Source of the DNA: Eukaryota sp. TZLM1-RC | Lineage: Eukaryota > Protista > Metamonada: BaSk clade | Length of the DNA stretch: 64,000 nucleotides | Direction: 5' to 3' | NCBI GenBank assembly: GCA_040285825.1 | Contig: JAUPSS010000003.1 | Location: 3,038,001 to 3,102,000, forward strand | Part shown: piece by piece, positions 35,013-47,200 of the stretch | How positions within the stretch are numbered: position 1 is the stretch's first letter | Layout of the letters: each line of letters opens with the position of its first letter | Made by a program: the position numbers and the translations under genes | The notes under the pieces: model-generated | Told to the model about the DNA's origin: nothing | What the model saw: the letters and a program-made list of their open reading frames with translations, nothing else | Database searches by the model: none

Positions 35013-35471
35013 TCATAGTCCCTTAAATGCTGTGCACATTAAGCAACACATAACAGTGATGGCAAGAGCGACAAGAATATAAACTGACCAAATGCCCCAG
35101 AAGCAGAAATCACGAAGGAAAGTATCACAAACTTTGGCACCAAATGTTTGTACATTGAAGATGATAAACCATACAAGCACAAAAAGTCCGATGACTCCTC
35201 CGATAGTCTTGACAGTCTTATCACGATCCTTGTCATCAGTAGCACCTCTGATCAAAGGAATGGTAGACGAGAAAACTTGAGAGGGAATCGATGTCAAACC
35301 ATAAATGAAGGCGAACAAAGCCAATGGTCGATCACATTCGGCATCATTGAACAAGTAAATCAGACCAACAACAAGAAAACCAAGGTGTAGAATCATGAAC
35401 AGAATGTTGAATACGATTGCAGCAATGAACTGACGCTTAGCAGCTTTGATCATGGCAGAAAACGGATCCAT
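35013..35471 (-). CDS. Four-TM membrane protein, unknown function
   Basis: ATG ORF of about 152 aa with four hydrophobic helices, CDRPL and CD loop cysteines and a Cys-rich tail. Confidence 0.7.
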   Translation of the reverse strand: MDPFSAMIKAAKRQFIAAIVFNILFMILHLGFLVVGLIYLFNDAECDRPLALFAFIYGLTSIPSQVFSSTIPLIRGATDDKDRDKTVKTIGGVIGLFVLVWFIIFNVQTFGAKVCDTFLRDFCFWGIWSVYILVALAITVMCCLMCTAFKGL

Positions 35472-35719
35472 TATGTGCGTCAAATCAGTTAGAAAAGACA
35501 AATTGATGATCGATAATTTCGTTGGTCAAAATATGCATCCAAATATAAATCTTAATACCAATACTCAACATTCTTTCCCACACTTAATCGAATTCAAGTA
35601 GTTTGTTACCGTTTCTCTGAACTTCTCTGTTTGAAGTTCAAAGTTTCGTCTACCTGCAGTGTAAGAATCATTAATTAGTTTGTCTCTTTTTTCTTTAATT
35701 TTTTTCTTTTTTCATTAAA

Positions 35720-35800
35720 TGATGTTTTTGGGTTTTTTGTTTTCATTTTTTTTTCATTTTTTCATTTTTTCATTTTTTCATTTTTTTCATTTTTTTCCTT
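35720..35800. repeat. Degenerate (TTTTTTCA)n simple repeat
   Basis: About six successive T5-9-CA units. Confidence 0.7.
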
Positions 35801-36545
35801 ATTTTCTTTCACACGCTTATTATTATTTTTGAATTTTTCTCATTTTCTTCCTTCTGCTTCAGTCCTAGATTTTTTTGGACTCGATATGAATAATCTCAGC
35901 AGAATATGGTTGACTGATTTGGTAAGGAATTTCCGTTGGAATAAGAGTTTCTAATACTGATACCAGTTTGGTATCATATTCGTTAGCCTCTATTCCAGCA
36001 ATTACCTTACCTTCTAATGAATTCAGTTCATCTTCACAAAGATAATGAATGGAATAATTCATCCTCTTCCTTTTGTTTGTCTTGGCATTTTTTCAAACCA
36101 TTCCTCTTGTGTTGAACAGCAACTGCAAAGCCATTTGTCACAATACTATTTTTCAAAGAAGTAACCATTAGTATTTTTGGTCATGACACTATGCTGCACG
36201 TAGATTACTTTCTTCCAAGTTTTAAATTTTAAACTAAGATATATTTTAACGTTACTCCGTAGTGAGGCATTGAGTGGCATGTTCTCCAATTTTTTGCTCT
36301 ATTTAACATTCCTTTCTAACACAACAAACAGTGGGTAACAATTTCAACCTTCTTTTAAAACTGCAAGGTAGTTGGAAACAGAAGAGCAAAGATGTTTCAA
36401 GTGTGAAATGGAGAAATTGTGTGAACTCGACCAAATTCACTATTTAGATAGTTTTTAATACAAGTGTAGCGATACGTCTTTGTCTTCAACAAAATCAATT
36501 GGGATAAATGGATTGAAACCAATATGACACTGATGATTTTGATTA

Positions 36546-36812
36546 CCGTGTTTCCTAAAATTTTGGACGCCAAAAAAATTGGGCGATTTGGGCGATCAGA
36601 AATAAATCGCCCAATTAATAGGCGCCCAATTTTTTCGTCATAATTTTGACCCTTGTTTCTAAAAATAGATCAAAGTCTTGTTGGTAGATATATGATATGA
36701 TATGACAAAAAAGTTGGACGATAAGAAAAAAATCGCCCAATTAATTAATTAATTGGCGTCCAACTTTTATGGCATCCAAACTATTAGGTATCCAAAATTT
36801 TAGGAAACACAG
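36546..36812. mobile_element. MITE (Tc1/mariner-pogo-like), about 267 bp
   Basis: 20-bp perfect TIR GTGTTTCCTAAAATTTTGGA (36548-36567 / 36791-36810), TA on the left flank, internal TTGG(G/A)CG / CGCCCAA repeats in both orientations. Confidence 0.8.
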
Positions 36813-36822
36813 AATCAAAATG

Positions 36823-36895
36823 TGGAGATGCAGGGTTTCGATCCCCGTACCTCACGCATGCTAAGCGTGCGCTCTACCAATTGAGCTACACCCCC
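36823..36895 (-). tRNA. tRNA-Ala(AGC)
   Basis: GGGGGTGTAGCTCAATTGGTAGAGCGCACGCTTAGCATGCGTGAGGTACGGGGATCGAAACCCTGCATCTCCA folds as a cloverleaf; anticodon AGC; eukaryotic A54 T-loop (GATCG). Confidence 0.95.
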
Positions 36896-38700
36896 TGTGC
36901 TTGTAATGCATTGGTTGGACATTACGAATGTACAACCAGATTGATTTTTTCACCAAAAATGTTTGTGAAAGAGAAACAAAACCATCGTTCTATTTTTCAC
37001 AAATCGAGTCAAATCAGACAAATCAAAATGGACGTCTTATTGGTTCTTGGGCGATCAAATACATGTTTGTTTGTATCAGTTAGGATAATATTAACGAAGA
37101 CGTTGATGTAAGTAGTATATATGAGGTTATTGAATCCAATTCGTCATCATTAATAGATTTCCCACTTAGTTTCAATCAAATCAAAAAAAGCTACAGCCAA
37201 TAAACGAGCATATCATGACAATGAGGTAATCATGGTTAAATGAATTTCGATCCCATAGCTTTGAGTTTCTTTTATTTGTTGTAATTTTTTGTACAAACAA
37301 ACTCTCTCTTTTTCCCTCACAATGAATAACTTTGAATACGCGAAAAATTGAATTACTGTATGTGGGTCAATAAAAGAAAGATATGTTAAGGCTATCCGAA
37401 TTACGAGAATGCACTGATATAATAATAACGTTGAATATTCCATCACCTTAAAAGGATGTAAAACTGGTTCCCTGTCACGGATTGTCACACTGTCAAAACA
37501 GTCAATGGGTTTTGCCATACCTGAGCCCAACCGTTGTGGAGAGAAGTGTCTATATGGTGTTTTTGTTTTAGCTTCAACAAAGGAGTATTAAATTTGATTA
37601 CTAGAATCATCTTGATTATACATTATTTGTCCATTGAATTAATAGATTGTGGTGACATGTAGTTTTTAAAACTTACCCTCATAGTGTATGTAGAAGAGCT
37701 TTCTGTAAACTAGTACCCAATACTGAGCGCTGACAATTAATAAAAGACAATTGAAGCAGTTGTTGTTGATACCAACAAATACAACAAATATGTAAATAAA
37801 TACGGTCTAAAAGTCAGTAGAGTTCTCTCTTTGAAAGCAAGGTAAAGTTAATGCTATGATGAGCTCTCATTACATTTCTCACTTGAACGTTGCCAAAAAC
37901 AATGATCAGAAGCACGTAGAAGTGAAGTTGTGTGGATTATTACAGAAGTCATTTTGTTTGACTACTAATTCTCACAGTAAATTGTTTTGTTGTTCGTGTT
38001 GTTTCCTCATTCGCTGTAAATCGAAAAGAGATAGGAAATAATTTTAGTGGTGTATGAAGATAGTAATAGCTTCTATTCTCAAACCGAATGAAGATTATTC
38101 AAGGGGCAGTCCTGTGGAATTGACAATTCTTACTATTACAAGCTAATAAAATAAGACATGTAGAAATGAGAGACTTTTTTCCCTTGTAGGACCTGGGATT
38201 GGTTACCCTCAAAAACGGATCAATCTGTTCAATAAAACCGGAAATTTTGCTGAAGCAAACGCTTCATTAACCATCAATACTTAAAATCGATTTTTTCAGA
38301 AATTACCAATCCAATAGTTTGAGCAAATTGACAATGTTATAAATTTTTAGAACACTGTTTACAATAATTGCAACAGAGTTCCAACCTCCACAAAGAAATC
38401 AATACTACATTTGCAGAAGAATAAAAACTATTTTCACCTTGATGAAATTAACATTCACAAAATAGTTCAACTTCGTGTTTTCACAGCAGAATACTTCCTA
38501 GTTCCGCTCAAAAAACGATCCTTTGAATTCATCTGCTAATGTTGACAACAATCGAAGGGGTATTGCCAAAAGCGATGTAATGGTCTAAGACTTTAACAAA
38601 TAATACATAAAATTATGATGTGTCTTATGAACTGAATTTGAAAGACAAGACAAATAATATATTCCGCAAACAAAAAAGAGACTAAAAAACTAAAAATGAA

Positions 38701-39659
38701 CTAAACTTTGCTTTCCAGTTCGGCATACTTTTCCCCCTTCAGCGACCCTGGCTCTAGATATCCGAGACTACGTTTCAGTCTGTCCATTTGAGGTTGCAAA
38801 TCAACTGCAAATGTGGCTTCAGGTTGTAAAGCTTTGCCTCTGAGCCATGCAATAATGTCCTGAAGCAATGACGTTGCTTCATCTTTGCTTATATCGGTGT
38901 CAAAATATAAATAATATGAGATATCAACCAAGACATGGAGAAGATTTTGTAATTGTCCAAGCTCTAAAGCAATGTTGTTCAAAAGGGTACGAATTCTTTC
39001 AGTACAAAACACTTTAGCTTCAACCTTGGCTCGGCTGAGAGTTCTATGGAACTCATCGATCAAGGTAAAGAGATATCCGGCCGCAAGAGGATTTTCCCGG
39101 CTTACTTTGTAAACCATTTCCAGATTATCCATTACATTTTGCTTTACAATTTGCATTTTACGGGTGTAGATGTGCTGGTATTGCCATGCAGAGACAGCGA
39201 CATTGACAATGGCTGCTGCAAGAATACCAGATGAAATAGACTTAAATCTCATAAACAAGGTGTTTAACGGTGATCCGTACACTATCAGAGATACAAATAG
39301 AGCAGAAAATGCGGAAATAGCAAAAAGTTGCTCGTAACCGGTGATCACCATAACCAAGACGGACAATGGAACCGACAAAGGAATGTTGAGCATCGGAGGG
39401 AAAGCGAAAACGAGACCAATAAAACCAAAAACACCACCTTTGATTAGTGAAACCTAATGACCATACCAATAGATGCCGCAAACATAGTTTCAGCACCACG
39501 AACAAGCCCAAGTGACACAGAAGGAGAAGTTGAGAGTACAGAGACGAACGTACTAGTTACGTGGTCCTCATTCCTGATCAACATGTCTATGAGTAGGGCC
39601 AGAGCTGATGCAAGACCAGTCTTGACTGACAAATAAAATGGTGATGACAATGGCCTCAT
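38701..39659 (-). CDS. Aromatic acid exporter/FUSC-like membrane protein, 2 exons, intron 39438-39466
   Basis: SVKTGLASALALLI N-terminal signature and multiple TM helices. Removing a 29-nt GTATG...CTAATCAAAG intron joins ORFs 39444-39659 and 38701-39393 in frame (SIG|GVFG). Confidence 0.75.
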
Positions 39660-39680
39660 GGGAACAAAATAGTGATTACT

Positions 39681-41851
39681 GGAAAGTGATTTAAGCCTGG
39701 AAACGGAATCAAACCTGATGGAATACGCCCAATTGCTGTTGGTGAATCTCTTTCTCGTTTGCTGGCATCAATTGTCTTCGATCGTGTCAAAGACAAAGCC
39801 TCTACATTTTTGAATCCTCATCAATTTGGAATCAAAACAATTGATGGTGCTTCTGTTGCTGCTATTGCCTCTGATACCTTTTTTAATGCAGAGGAAAATA
39901 ATTTTATTTTTAATCTCGACTTTAAAAATGCTTTTAATTCTGTAAAGCGAGAAGCAATTTTTGAAGTTATTAAATCTGATTTTCCTGAGCTATCGAGTTT
40001 TTTCTACCATTTTTATGGGAAAGAATCAGATTTAATTTTTAATTCATTTGCTCTTAAATCATCTTCTGGAGTGAAGCAGGGAGATCCTTTAGGCCCATTA
40101 TTGTTTTGTTTAGCTATTCACAAAACTTTAAATATCATTAAGCAAAAATACCCTTCTGTAAAAATAGTTGCTTATATGGATGATATATCCTTGATTGGTT
40201 CATTTGATTTACTAGAATTGGTTGCTCAAGAAATTGCCGATTCATATGAAAATATTGGGCTTCATCTTAATGCCAGCAAATGCCTTCTGATTGGCTCTTC
40301 TGCTCAAGACCTCGTGATAAACGATTCTATTGTCCCTTTTACTAATTATAGTAGTGATGCTTTTAAGTTCCTTGGTTGTTGGTTAGGAAATGTGCCTCAA
40401 ATTCAGAATGAATTGCAAGTTATTTTGGAAAAAATGAAAATTGAACTTGATTCAATTTCTTCTTTAGATATAGAAAAGCATATTAAATTTTTTATGCTTA
40501 AAATTTGCTACACTGGGAGAATAACCCACATTTTGAGATCTTGTGCTCCTTCCATAGCATTAGATTTTTGTCGTTCTTTTAATTCATTGAGAACAGAATT
40601 TTTGCTGATTTATTGGATGTAGAACCAGGAATGTTGAAAAGCCATTTATTTTCTTCAGCAAATTTGGGGGGTATTGGATTTACTAAATCTTCAATTTTGT
40701 GTCAATCAGCATTCTTGGGTGGTGGCAAAAATTTTATTTATGAATTTTCTCGTAGATTTCCTGATGATTCTCATCTGTTAGTCCCCAATTGTAGTCCCTA
40801 TTTGTATGAGTTATCTTGTGAACTTGAAAAATTACCGCCACAAATTTGGACCAAATGTTTTCCTCAATCAATTCAAGAAATTCCAAACCGATCTCTATTT
40901 AATTTACAGTTTTGCTGTAAAAAGCTTCAACAAAAATTGTCAAAGATTTTTGAAAGCTTGGATTTTGATGTTAGACTTGGCTTGGCCAAGAAAAAGAATC
41001 CCGCTTTTGCAAATCTTTTACAAGATATGTGTGACAGTACTTCTTCTGCCTTAGTAACAACAATTCCACAAGTTTATGGTACTCTCTTATCCGATTCTGC
41101 TTGGACTCTGAATATGAGATTTCGTTCCTTTATCTGGCCTGATAATTTACCTCATAATTTAATTTGTAAATGTTCTCGAGAAATTACAACTACTCATTTG
41201 TTAAATTGTAAACATTTTATTACTTTTAGAAGCAAGGTTCATGATGCTGTAAGAGACCAGTTATATTGTATGTGTAAATCTCATAGAATTGAATCCTTCT
41301 TGGAACCTTTGTTGTCAAATCTGTTTGATGCTGAAAATGATTTTCATAAGAATAATAGAGGTGATGTCATATTACCTGGATTAGATGGAAGCTTCATTTT
41401 ATTGGATGTAATGTCTGTTGATCCTTGTAATGCCTCAAATGAAAGGCTTGTTAATTCTGAAATTCATAATCCCCTTTCAAATGCTGAAAATTTTAAATTC
41501 AAAAATACAATGAACCTTTGTCCAAATTGGCCAGTCTACAGCATGCAAAAATACAATTTGTATCCATTTGTATTTTCCCTTTTGGTTCACTTGCACCAAC
41601 TGCTTTACGTTTTTGGATGATTTTGAAATGATTGTAAAGAGAAGAACTGGCAGAAATTTCAACAGATTGTTTTGGCAAAATAGAATTGTGTTTTCTATTT
41701 TTAAGGGGATGTTGAAGATGGTTTCTGATGCTTTGCTTTCTCTTGGATCTCACTATGAGAGAGTTGCATCTAGTGTTTTTGTTTTGGGAGAGATGGATTT
41801 TTTAGATGTTGATTTATAGGTTTAGAATAAAATTAAATTTTAAAAAAAAAA
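39681..41851 (+). mobile_element. 5'-truncated family A CRE-like RLE non-LTR retrotransposon (recent)
   Basis: IRPIAVGE, QFGI, LDFKNAFN, GVKQGDPLGP, AYMDD, CKC..HLLNC, HDAVRD, RGD RLE; poly(A); 15-bp TSD AAAATAGTGATTACT at 39666-39680 and 41852-41866. Confidence 0.95.
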
Positions 41852-41895
41852 AAAATAGTGATTACTTTCCCATTTTTTTGGACTAAACCAACATC

Positions 41896-41981
41896 AGTGA
41901 GTAAACACATATTTAATTTTAACAAATATTAGTACGTGTTAACACGTGTCAAGGTTGCCTAACACGGCGTGTTTACTCACT
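41896..41981. repeat. 86-bp mini-MITE-like inverted repeat
   Basis: AGTGAGTAAACAC / GTGTTTACTCACT 13-bp IR enclosing the palindrome ACGTGTTAACACGT. Confidence 0.55.
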
Positions 41982-42265
41982 ATGAATCCAACAATTGTTT
42001 TTGTGTCGTGAAATGGTTTATCTTCATTGAAGTAATTCATACCCTTGTATATTCCACCTACACGTTGTTTGCATAATCTATTCTTCGTACAGGACAATTG
42101 CAATAAAAACCACTGATCAATGTGTTTCCATTGTTCTTTCTGTACTTGATTATACAAAACATGGCTACGTGGTAGTAGCCCGGTACTCACCGTAGTCGCT
42201 CAATCATGATGATAAAAATAAATTTCAATGTGACTGAATTTGATAATTTGAATCATTTTTGTCTG

Positions 42266-42420
42266 TGTCTAGGGTTAGGGGACAATGACACCATGACATA
42301 CAGTAAATGTAATAAGATTTATTATATGCAGAAGGATTGTATTCTCTCTACTTGAATGCAATCTAAAGTACTAATTAATAAGCTATAATACTAAAGCCAT
42401 AAAATACTATTCGACCAATA
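42266..42420 (-). mobile_element. Solo LTR related to Gypsy-2 LTR
   Basis: 155 bp; shares the blocks GACATACA, ATTTATTA, ATTGTATTCTCTCT and AAATACTATTC in order with the 154-bp LTR; 4-bp TSD TCTG at 42262-42265 and 42421-42424. Confidence 0.8.
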
Positions 42421-42423
42421 TCT

Positions 42424-42444
42424 GGGTTAGGGTTAGGGTTAGGG
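42424..42444 (+). repeat. Short interstitial telomeric-type repeat (GGGTTA)3GGG
   Basis: Direct reading. Confidence 0.75.
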
Positions 42445-42693
42445 AATCCACATGAAATTTGGGTGATTGCTGGGATGGTATAAAGAACTAGAAAGAACTG
42501 AAGTCCTCAGTTGTTAAAAAATGTGAAATGATCTATTTTTAGTGAGTAAAAACGTGTGAAATTTAAACTAGAAATATGAATCTGAAGTTTGTTTCTGATA
42601 AATTGAAATATAAATTCAACAAAAGTACTTGAACCAGATTTATGAATTAAGAATAAATATCTACATAAAGTTTCGAAATAGTATACAAATTGG

Positions 42694-44226
42694 TTATAGC
42701 TCGCCATCAGAAACCATTAGAGAATCGGAATTACCCACATCATTGACAAAAGCACTATCCAAAGGCGTTGGTGGTTCTGGAGATTCAATAACAAATTCAT
42801 CATTTTTGATCGAATCACGTGGAGTGGTCTCATCAGCAGTCAAGGAAAGGTCCATAATTCCAGAAATATCTTGATTATTTTGATCTATTTGCTCCTCTAT
42901 ATCCATTTTGCTCTCTTCAACCTCATTATTCAATCTGTCTACCGACACACTTTCCGACCTAATGGAAGCAGAATCACTCTTTGCATGTTCAATCTGAATC
43001 TGACACTCAAGTCTTTGATTTTCTTCAACCAGTTCAGAATTAGCACGTTTCAGTTTCCCCACCTCTTCCTCCAACAAAAGCTTCCCGTCATTCAATATTT
43101 GATTCTGAATTTTCAAATTTTCAACTTGATCCTTCATTGATCCCATCTCAAGCTCAAGATCTCTCGATCGTTTCTCAGCCATACCTCTCCTCTCTTTCTC
43201 CTTATCGTAACTGTTTTTACTCTCAGCAACCTTGGCTTCAAGTTCTTTAATTTGACCTTTTAGCTCAGAAGTCCCTTGACTTTGATTTAATTTTGACACT
43301 TCAAGTTCATGATCCTTATCCTTAAGTGCCTCTTTTAACTTTTCCACTTCATTCATGGATTGTTCATGCACTTGGCGTCTTAACAAAGGAGCCTCTTTTA
43401 GTTGTTCTTCAAGGTGAACGATTTTATTTTTGAGTTCTTCATTTTGACTTCTCAAGACTTCAAGATCCGCGCTTTCCCCAGAATTTAATACTTTTATCTT
43501 AACAATTTCAGCCTTTAATTCTTGAATTTCAGATTCTAAAATCTGCTTTTGTTCCTTAAGTTCCTTAATCATTTCTCTTGAAGGATCCTTTTTTTCAATT
43601 CGTCTTCCTGTGCTTGCATCAATACCAAATTCAACCAAAATTGATCGAAGACGTTGAACTTCTCCAACAAAATTAGATAATTGAGCTTCGAGTTCATTTA
43701 CACGGGTAGTTCTCGATTCCTTTTTGAGCGAATCAATCATGACTTCTTTTGACTTCAGTTCTGAGCTCAACCTCGCAGCCTCATCCCTCAGTCTTTCTAC
43801 CAGTGACGTGTCATTACGTAAGCAGTCTAGCCCAAGAGTGGCAGCATCAGCAAGGGTCTTCCTCTTTATGACTTCACCTAATTCTCTCTTGGTTTTGGAT
43901 AAGGTTTGTTCAGCACGTACTGCTCTGGTTTTCAGGGCAGATAGCTGTGAAAAGAGTTCGTTCTTCTCTTGTTTTAGGTAAAGATTTTCTTCATAAAGGG
44001 CTTCAGGATCTTTGAGGAGATTGTTGGGCATTTTTCTACTATCCAGAGAAGGTATAGTGGAGGGAGAATCACTATTCAGAACGACATAGTCTTGATTTAA
44101 GTGAGCATGTGGATTCGAAGGTTTTGAAGGTTGTGCTGACGCCGAAGCAGGACGGGGCCTTGGATATCGCTGTGTGTATGGATTCCTCGCAGATTGTGGC
44201 CTCCGCGATGGAGGACGGGGATGCAT
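42694..44226 (-). CDS. Coiled-coil protein, IQCE-like (ciliary)
   Basis: EALYEENLYLK..LKT...SLVERLR..K..I..LKK..TTRVNELE..EVQRL resembles the conserved IQCE N-terminal coiled coil; long heptad region. Confidence 0.6.
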   Translation of the reverse strand: MHPRPPSRRPQSARNPYTQRYPRPRPASASAQPSKPSNPHAHLNQDYVVLNSDSPSTIPSLDSRKMPNNLLKDPEALYEENLYLKQEKNELFSQLSALKTRAVRAEQTLSKTKRELGEVIKRKTLADAATLGLDCLRNDTSLVERLRDEAARLSSELKSKEVMIDSLKKESRTTRVNELEAQLSNFVGEVQRLRSILVEFGIDASTGRRIEKKDPSREMIKELKEQKQILESEIQELKAEIVKIKVLNSGESADLEVLRSQNEELKNKIVHLEEQLKEAPLLRRQVHEQSMNEVEKLKEALKDKDHELEVSKLNQSQGTSELKGQIKELEAKVAESKNSYDKEKERRGMAEKRSRDLELEMGSMKDQVENLKIQNQILNDGKLLLEEEVGKLKRANSELVEENQRLECQIQIEHAKSDSASIRSESVSVDRLNNEVEESKMDIEEQIDQNNQDISGIMDLSLTADETTPRDSIKNDEFVIESPEPPTPLDSAFVNDVGNSDSLMVSDGEL

Positions 44227-44252
44227 TCAAAAATAAAATATCTTTAAATTAA

Positions 44253-47200
44253 GTTTGCCTTCTGTATTTTCGAGATCTTTGACTAATCTTCATCTTGCTG
44301 TTGTGAAATTACAGAAGTCTGTTTTAATTGGTTTTGAAGACCTGGATTTCTCTAAACGACTAAGTGTGACTAAGTTTAATAATCCCGTCTTTGCTGCCTT
44401 TTTATCAGACATCCAGAATTGCACTAGTTTAATATCTCAGCAACCAAGGCCATTTGGTCTTCACTTAACAAATGAAGCTTGGAAACAAAACATGCGTTTG
44501 AGATTAGGGCTGTATCCAAGTGGTCTTTTGGATAATTCTGTTTGTATTTGAAACGAAAAACCGACTGCCAATTTCCGTCATATTGTAAGTTGTAAGAAAT
44601 TTTTTTTTAATACCTCAGAACTTTTTAAATTGTGATCACTAGCTTAGTTCTGCATTGTTTTTTTTTTAATAATTTTAATTTTATTCTAAACCTATAAATC
44701 AACATCTAAAAAATCCATCTCTCCCAAAACAAAAACACTAGATGCAACTCTTTCATAGTGAGATCCAAGAGAAAGCAAAGCATCGGAAACCATCTTCAAC
44801 ATCCCCTTAAAAATAGAAAACACAATTCTATTTTGCCAAAACAATCTGTTGAAATTTCTGCTAGTTCTTCTCTTTACAATCATTTCAAAATCATCCAAAA
44901 AACGTAAAGCAGTTGGTGCAAGTGAACCAAAAAGGGAAAATACAAATGGATACAAATTGTATTTTGCATGCTGTAGACTGGCCAATTTGGACAAAGGTTC
45001 ATTGTATTTTTTGAATTTAAAATTTTCAGCATTTGAAAGGGGATTATGAATTTCAGAATTAACAAGCCTTTCATTTGAGGCATTACAAGGATCAACAGAC
45101 ATTACATCCAATAAAATGAAGCTTCCATCTAATCCAGGTAATATGACATCACCTCTATTATTCTTATGAAAATCATTTTCAGCATCAAACAGATTTGACA
45201 ACAAAGGTTCCAAGAAGGATTCAATTCTATGAGATTTACACATACAATATAACTGGTCTCTTACAGCATCATGAACCTTGCTTCTAAAAGTAATAAAATG
45301 TTTACAATTTAACAAATGAGTAGTTGTAATTTCTCGAGAACATTTACAAATTAAATTATGAGGTAAATTATCAGGCCAGATAAAGGACCGAAATCTCATA
45401 TTCAGAGTCCAAGCAGAATCGGATAAGAGAGTACCATAAACTTGTGGAATTGTTGTTACTAAGGCAGAAGAAGTACTGTCACACATATCTTGTAAAAGAT
45501 TTGCAAAGCGGGATTCTTTTTTCTTGGCCAAGCCAAGTCTAACATCAAAATCCAAGCTTTCAAAAATCTTTGACAATTTTTGTTGAAGCTTTTTACAGCA
45601 AAACTGTAAATTAAATAGAGATCGGTTTGGAATTTCTTGAATTGATTGAGGAAAACATTTGGTCCAAATTTGTGGCGGTAATTTTCAAGTTCACAAGATA
45701 ACTCATACAAATAGGGACTACAATTGGGGACTAACAGATGAGAATCATCAGGAAATCTACGACAAAATTCATAAATAAAATTTTTGCCACCACCCAAGAA
45801 TGCTGATTGACACAAAATTGAAGATTTAGTAAAACCAATACCACCCAAATTTGCTGGAAGAAAATAAATGGCTTTTCAACATTCCTGGTTCTACATCCAA
45901 TAAATCAGCAAAAAATTCTGTTCTCAATGAATTAAAAGAACGACAAAAATCTAATGCTATGGAAGGAGCACAAGATCTCAAAATGTGGGTTATTCTCCCA
46001 GTGTAGCAAATTTTAAGCATGAAAAATTTAATATGCTTTTCTATATCTAAAGAAGAAATTGAATCAAGTTCAATTTTCATTTTTCCAAAATAACTTGCAA
46101 TTCATTCTGAATTTGAGGCACATTTCCTAACCAACAACCAAGGAACTTAAAAGCATTACTACTATAATTAGTAAAAGGGACAATAGAATCGTTTATCACG
46201 AGGTCTTGAGCAGAAGAGCCAATCAGAAGGCATTTGCTGGCATTAAGATGAAGCCCAATATTTTCATATGAATCGGCAATTTCTTGAGCAACCAATTCTA
46301 GTAAATCAAATGAACCAATCAAGGATATATCATCCATATAAGCAACTATTTTTATAGAAGGGTATTTTTGCTTAATGATATTTAAAGTTTTGTGAATAGC
46401 TAAACAAAACAATAATGGGCCTAAAGGATCTCCCTGCTTCACTCCAGAAGATGATTTAAGACCAAATGAATTAAAAATTAAATCTGATTCTTTCCCATAA
46501 AAATGGTAGAAAAAACTCGATAGCTCAGGAAAATCAGATTTAATAACTTCAAAAATTGCTTCTCGCTTTACAGAATTAAAAGCATTTTTAAAGTCGAGAT
46601 TAAAAATAAAATTATTTTCCTCTGCATTAAAAAAGGTATCAGAGGCAATAGCAGCAACAGAAGCACCATCAATTGTTTTGATTCCAAATTGATGAGGATT
46701 CAAAAATGTAGAAGCTTTGTCTTTGACACGATCGAAGACAATTGATGCTAGCAAACGAGAAAGAGATTCACCAACAGCAATTGGGCGTATTCCATCAGGT
46801 TTGATTCCGTTTCCAGGCTTTTACTAAAGCAATCAGACGTGCTGCGAGTAATTCAAATGGAGGATTAATTTTCAAAACAATCAATTGTTGAAAATAGTGG
46901 GCTAGATCATCAGCAATTTCGGGAGCACTGGAACACGCTATTTTTAACAGATCAAAAGAAATTCCAGATGGGCCTGCTGCTTTCCCCTTTGGCAATTTTT
47001 GAATAGCTTTAAGAACTTCAATTGCAGTAATAGGATTTTCAATCCAAAAAGGACACACTTCAGGCTTGCTGCACTTGAAATTTTCTTGAGGATGCAACTT
47101 TTGAAGTTTTTCAAGGGTATCAGAGTTTGCATCAGCCAAAGAAGAGGAAAACAAAGACTGCTTTGCGGCACCATAACGACCACGTAAGCACAATTTACGG

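Noticed and set aside
37200-38600. Short ORFs in AT-rich intergenic DNA
   Set aside because: No recognisable motifs; probably decayed repeats, and cannot be supported.
39759-40622. RT ORFs as group II intron, retron or DGR
   Set aside because: Poly(A) tails, TSDs, 5' truncation and a C-terminal CCHC plus RLE domain identify non-LTR retrotransposons.
42424-42444. True chromosome end
   Set aside because: Only about 3.5 repeats, with unique sequence and genes continuing beyond.
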